Source of the DNA: Alphaproteobacteria bacterium
Lineage (GTDB): Bacteria > Pseudomonadota > Alphaproteobacteria > MPNO01
Length of the DNA: 64,000 bases
Direction of reading: 5' to 3'
Assembly: GCA_964291675.2 (NCBI GenBank)
Contig: OZ219866.1
Coordinates: forward strand, 736,001-800,000
The position numbers and the translations under genes are program-made. The notes beneath the pieces are model-generated. The model worked only from the letters and a program-made list of their open reading frames with translations. It had not been told where the DNA came from and did no database searches. Below are positions 60,314 through 64,000 of this stretch, one piece after another (positions within the stretch are counted from its first letter, which is position 1; every line of letters starts with the position of its first letter).

Positions 60314-61201
60314 GTGAGCCGTCCGATCCGCCCGCGGCGCAGCGCGCTCTACATGCCTGGCGCCAATGCCCGCGCGCTGGAGAAGGGGCGGAGCCTCGCC
60401 GCCGATGTGCTGATCATGGACCTCGAGGACGGCGTGCTGCCCGACGCCAAGGCCGAGGCGCGGGACCGGATCGCCGGCGCGCTCGCCGAGGGCGGGTACG
60501 GCGCGCGCGAGATCGTGGTGCGGGTCAACGGCATCGGAACGGCGTGGTTCGCGGACGACCTGGCGATGGCCGCGACCGGCGGCGCCGACGCGGTGCTGCT
60601 CCCCAAGGTCGAGGACCCGGCGACGGTCGCGCGCGCCGCGGCAATTCTGGAGGCGGCGGGCGCCCCGCCGGCGACGGGCATCTGGTGCATGCTGGAGACG
60701 CCGACGGGCATCCTCGACGCGCGGCCGATCGCGCGCGCCCACCCCCGCATGGCGGCGCTCACGCTGGGCACCGCCGATCTGTCGAAGGCGCTCAACGCCG
60801 ACCTCCACGCCCCGGACCGGCTGCCGCTTCTGACCAGCATGGGGCTCTGCGTGCTTGCCGCGCGCGAGGCCGGGCTCGCGGTGCTGGACGCGCCGCATTT
60901 CGACCTCGCCGACGACGCGGGCTTCGAGGGCGCCTGCCGCCAGGGCCGGGCCTTCGGCTTCGACGGCAAGTCGCTGCTGCACCCGAAGACCATCGCCGTC
61001 GCCAACGCCGTGTTCGGCCCGTCCGAAGCCGATATCGCCTGGGCGCGGCGCATCGCCGCCGCCTGGCGCGACGCCGCCGCCGAGGGCAGGGGGGTGACGC
61101 TGGTCGACGGCAAGCTGATCGAGTCCCTCCACGTCGAGGAAGCCGAGCGCACGCTGGCGCTCGCCGACGGCATCGCCGCGCTGGAGCGGGAGGCGGGGTA
61201 A
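60314..61201 (+). CDS. CitE/HpcH-family CoA-ester lyase (malyl-CoA lyase/thioesterase-like)
   Basis: RPRRSALYMPGAN, DLEDG, VRVN, MLETP, GTADL and GFDGK..HP. Confidence 0.9.
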   Translation: MSRPIRPRRSALYMPGANARALEKGRSLAADVLIMDLEDGVLPDAKAEARDRIAGALAEGGYGAREIVVRVNGIGTAWFADDLAMAATGGADAVLLPKVEDPATVARAAAILEAAGAPPATGIWCMLETPTGILDARPIARAHPRMAALTLGTADLSKALNADLHAPDRLPLLTSMGLCVLAAREAGLAVLDAPHFDLADDAGFEGACRQGRAFGFDGKSLLHPKTIAVANAVFGPSEADIAWARRIAAAWRDAAAEGRGVTLVDGKLIESLHVEEAERTLALADGIAALEREAG

Positions 61202-61258
61202 GGGGGGTCGGGCGCGCGCCGGTTCCGGCTCGCATGCGCGTGCACGAGCACTATCCGA

Positions 61259-61756
61259 TCAAGGATCGATCGCCTTGCGCGCGGAGGCTACGGGCCATGC
61301 CAGGACCAGAGGATCGACCGGCGAACCCAGAAAGCCCAGATGCCGGTAGAAGCCCGCCGCATCGCTGTCGAGGGCGTGGACGAGCAACGCCCTGATGCCG
61401 GCGATCTCGGCGGCCTTCAGGGTCCGCAAGATGGCATCCCGCACGAGGCCGCGCGCGATTCCCATGCCCTGATGGGAACGGGCAACCGCCAGACGGCCCA
61501 TCAGCATCACCGGGATCGGATCGGGCATGTTGCGTCTGATCCTTCCCGGCATGTCCCGGTGCCGTGCAGAACCGGCGGCCAGACAGTAATAGGCGACGAC
61601 AACGCCCTTGTCGCAGACGACATAGGTGCGCGAGCCGCCCTCGCGCTCGTTCCTGAGAGCGCGGGCTCGCAACCAGGTGTCGAGGCTCGGCTGGCCGCTG
61701 TCGAAACCTGCCGATACATGATCGGCGGAGATTGGCTCCGGCCCGGTCAGCGGCAT
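61259..61756 (-). CDS. GNAT acetyltransferase toxin (TacT/AtaT-like)
   Basis: FDSGQPSLDTWL, YYCLAAG, IPVMLMGRLAV..QGMG and FYRHLGF. Confidence 0.9.
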   Translation of the reverse strand: MPLTGPEPISADHVSAGFDSGQPSLDTWLRARALRNEREGGSRTYVVCDKGVVVAYYCLAAGSARHRDMPGRIRRNMPDPIPVMLMGRLAVARSHQGMGIARGLVRDAILRTLKAAEIAGIRALLVHALDSDAAGFYRHLGFLGSPVDPLVLAWPVASARKAIDP

Positions 61757-61766
61757 GTCCGGACGG

Positions 61767-62051
61767 TCACCTGTCCCAGGGCGGCGGAGTGTTCAGCGTG
61801 CGGCGCATTTCTTCGCTCGGCTCGGCCGGCGCATCGAGCATGGCCTCGAACGCCGCGTATGACGCTTCGTCGAGGTCGAACAGGCGCTGGTCGAGCAGCA
61901 CGTTCTCCGAGGCTTCGCGCATCGTGTCGAGGACGAACTCGGTGCGCGACTTGCCCAGGCGCTTCGCAGCGCGGTCGATCAGCGCCTTCTGTTCCGCCGA
62001 GGCGCGCAGATTGATCGTCTGGCTCTGCCGGGCTTGCTCTGGCACCGCCAT
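61767..62051 (-). CDS. DUF1778 RHH antitoxin (TacA/AtaR-like)
   Basis: INLRASAEQKALIDRAA..GKSRTEFVL..LLDQRLF..LDAP..PPW. Confidence 0.9.
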   Translation of the reverse strand: MAVPEQARQSQTINLRASAEQKALIDRAAKRLGKSRTEFVLDTMREASENVLLDQRLFDLDEASYAAFEAMLDAPAEPSEEMRRTLNTPPPWDR

Positions 62052-62087
62052 GGGGGCCTCGCTCCATGTCTTTGTGTAACTACGATG

Positions 62088-62116
62088 TATATACAGACGG
62101 TTCGGTCCAGCGTCAA
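62088..62116 (-). promoter_or_regulatory. tacAT promoter with overlapping palindromic operator
   Basis: TTGACG-N17-TATATA; TGTATATACA palindrome over the -10. Confidence 0.6.
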
Positions 62117-62221
62117 CCGAAACCCACCTCCAATCCGTCCCGCCGCCTTTCGCCCGGCCAATTTGACTTGCCCCCGGTCCCGGTCTAAACCGGGCCGCCG
62201 CCTCCAGCAGGGTCAGCGTCG

Positions 62222-62620
62222 ATGAGCAACCGGGACAGGCCGCTCTCGCCCCACCTCCAGGTCTACCGGCCGCAGATCACCTCGGTGCTGTCGATCGCCC
62301 ACCGCGCGACCGGGATCGTGCTGGCGGCGGGGTTGATCCTGCTGCTGTGGTGGCTCGCCGCGGCGGCGTCGGGGGCGGACGCGTTCGCCACCGTGCAGGA
62401 AGCCGCCGGGTCGTTTCTCGGCCGGCTGTTCCTGTTCGGCTGGACCTTCGCGCTGTTCTACCATCTGTGCAACGGCATCCGGCACCTGTTCTGGGACATG
62501 GGGCGGGGCTTCGAGCTCGCCACCGTCTCGCTGACCGGCTGGCTGGCGCTGGGCGGGGCGGTGGCTCTGACCGGGCTCTCCTGGGTGCTCGCCTACGCCG
62601 CCATGGGGGCGTTTCGATGA
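62222..62620 (+). CDS. sdhC: Succinate dehydrogenase cytochrome b556 subunit
   Basis: RPLSPHLQVY, SIAHRATG and YHLCNGIRHL. Confidence 0.96.
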   Translation: MSNRDRPLSPHLQVYRPQITSVLSIAHRATGIVLAAGLILLLWWLAAAASGADAFATVQEAAGSFLGRLFLFGWTFALFYHLCNGIRHLFWDMGRGFELATVSLTGWLALGGAVALTGLSWVLAYAAMGAFR

Positions 62621-62997
62621 GCCTGCGCACGCCGCTCGGCCGGGCGCGCGGGCTCGGCTCGGCCAAGGACGGGACCGCGCACTGGTGGGCGCAGCGCCTG
62701 ACCGCCATCGCCCTGGTCCCGCTGGTGCTCTGGTTCGCGGTCTCGCTGATCATACTGACCGGCGCCGACCACGAGACGGTGACCGCGTGGCTCGGGAACC
62801 CCGCCGCGGCGGTGTTCATGCTGCTGCTGATCCTCGCCGGGTTCCACCATGCCCAGCTCGGCATGCAGGTGGTGATCGAGGACTACGTGCACACGGAATG
62901 GCTCAAGCTCACTTTGCTGATCGCGGTCAGGTTCGGCGCGGTCGCGCTCGGAATCGGCGCCGCCTTCTCGGTCCTCAAGCTCGCGCTCGGAGGCTGA
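62617..62997 (+). CDS. sdhD: Succinate dehydrogenase membrane anchor
   Basis: [16 protein letters not shown] and [15 protein letters not shown]; ATGA overlap. Confidence 0.95.
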   Translation: MSLRTPLGRARGLGSAKDGTAHWWAQRLTAIALVPLVLWFAVSLIILTGADHETVTAWLGNPAAAVFMLLLILAGFHHAQLGMQVVIEDYVHTEWLKLTLLIAVRFGAVALGIGAAFSVLKLALGG

Positions 62998-63001
62998 CCC
63001 G

Positions 63002-64000
63002 GTGGCCGGAGCCTACGAGATCGTCGACCACAGCTACGACGTGGTGGTGATCGGCGCCGGCGGGGCGGGGCTGCGCGCGACCTTCGGCATGGCGGTCAAG
63101 GGGCTCAAGACCGCCTGCATCACCAAGGTCTTCCCGACCCGCAGCCACACCGTCGCCGCCCAGGGCGGGATCTCCGCGGCGCTCGGCAATATGAGCGAGG
63201 ACGACTGGCGCTGGCATTTCTACGACACCGTCAAGGGCGCCGACTGGCTCGGCGACCAGGACGCGATCGAATTCATGTGCCGCGAGGCGATCCCGGCGGT
63301 GATCGAGCTCGAACATTACGGCGTGCCGTTCTCGCGCACCCCGGAAGGCAAGATCTACCAGCGCCCGTTCGGCGGCATGACCACGCGCTACGGCGAGGGG
63401 CCGCCGGCAAGGCGCACCGCCGCCGCCGCCGACCGGACGGGGCATGCGATCCTGCACACGCTCTACCAGCAGTCGCTGCGCCACGACGCGGAGTTCTTCA
63501 TCGAGTACTTCGCGCTCGACCTGATCGTCGACGATTCGGGCGCGGTGCGCGGTGTCATGGCGTGGAACCTCGACGACGGCACCATCCACCGCTTCCAGGC
63601 GCAGATGACGGTGATCGCGACCGGCGGGTACGGGCGGTCCTATTTCGCCTGCACCGGGGCGCATACCCAGACCGGCGACGGCAACGCGATGGTGCTGAGG
63701 GCGGGGCTGCCGCTCGAGGACATGGAGTTCATCCAGTTCCACCCGACCGGGATCTACGGCGCCGGCTGCCTGATCACCGAGGGGGTGCGCGGCGAGGGCG
63801 GCTATCTCACCAACGCGCAAGGCGAGCGCTTCATGGAGCGCTACGCCCCCAACGTGAAGGACCTCGCCTCGCGCGACGTGGTCTCGCGTGCGATGACCGT
63901 CGAGATGCGCGAGGGGCGCGGCGTCGGCGAGCACGGCGACCACATCCACCTGCATATCGAGCATCTCGACGCGAAGGTGATCGCCGAGCGCCTGCCCGGC
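63002..64000 (+). CDS. sdhA: Succinate dehydrogenase flavoprotein subunit (runs off window)
   Basis: [26 protein letters not shown] (FAD-His) and FIQFHPTG; not in ORF track. Confidence 0.96.
   Translation, partial: MAGAYEIVDHSYDVVVIGAGGAGLRATFGMAVKGLKTACITKVFPTRSHTVAAQGGISAALGNMSEDDWRWHFYDTVKGADWLGDQDAIEFMCREAIPAVIELEHYGVPFSRTPEGKIYQRPFGGMTTRYGEGPPARRTAAAADRTGHAILHTLYQQSLRHDAEFFIEYFALDLIVDDSGAVRGVMAWNLDDGTIHRFQAQMTVIATGGYGRSYFACTGAHTQTGDGNAMVLRAGLPLEDMEFIQFHPTGIYGAGCLITEGVRGEGGYLTNAQGERFMERYAPNVKDLASRDVVSRAMTVEMREGRGVGEHGDHIHLHIEHLDAKVIAERLPG

Overview
High-GC alphaproteobacterial (Rhodospirillales-like) chromosomal segment. The housekeeping backbone is addA(partial)-addB-murU-amgK-tsaE-ahcY-npr-manX-rapZ-hprK-chvG-chvI/pckA; hldD-like-lgt-midA-pgeF; ffh-rpsP-rimM-trmD-rplS-leuCDB; asd; sdhCDA(partial). 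It is interrupted by seven toxin-antitoxin loci, a DUF3883-type nuclease gene, a low-GC two-gene cassette of unknown function, and a ~16 kb catabolic region (Rieske oxygenase, amidohydrolase, TRAP/TAXI transporter, TauD-like dioxygenase, cyclodeaminase-like protein, hydantoinase B, molybdo-hydroxylase large subunit). The main discovery is a selenoprotein that the ORF track splits in two. It is an AhpD/carboxymuconolactone-decarboxylase-like gene (32473-33117) with an in-frame TGA forming a CxxU motif, followed by a SECIS-like hairpin. It heads a translationally coupled operon with a Cys/Sec-less paralog, a xanthine-dehydrogenase-family Mo subunit and an XRE regulator. Other notable items are an unannotated 24-aa membrane peptide, a structured ffh leader RNA, an HldD homolog lacking its catalytic YxxxK, a decayed higB, and several apparently leaderless genes. 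All calls come from reading the sequence and recognising motifs; no database searches were run.
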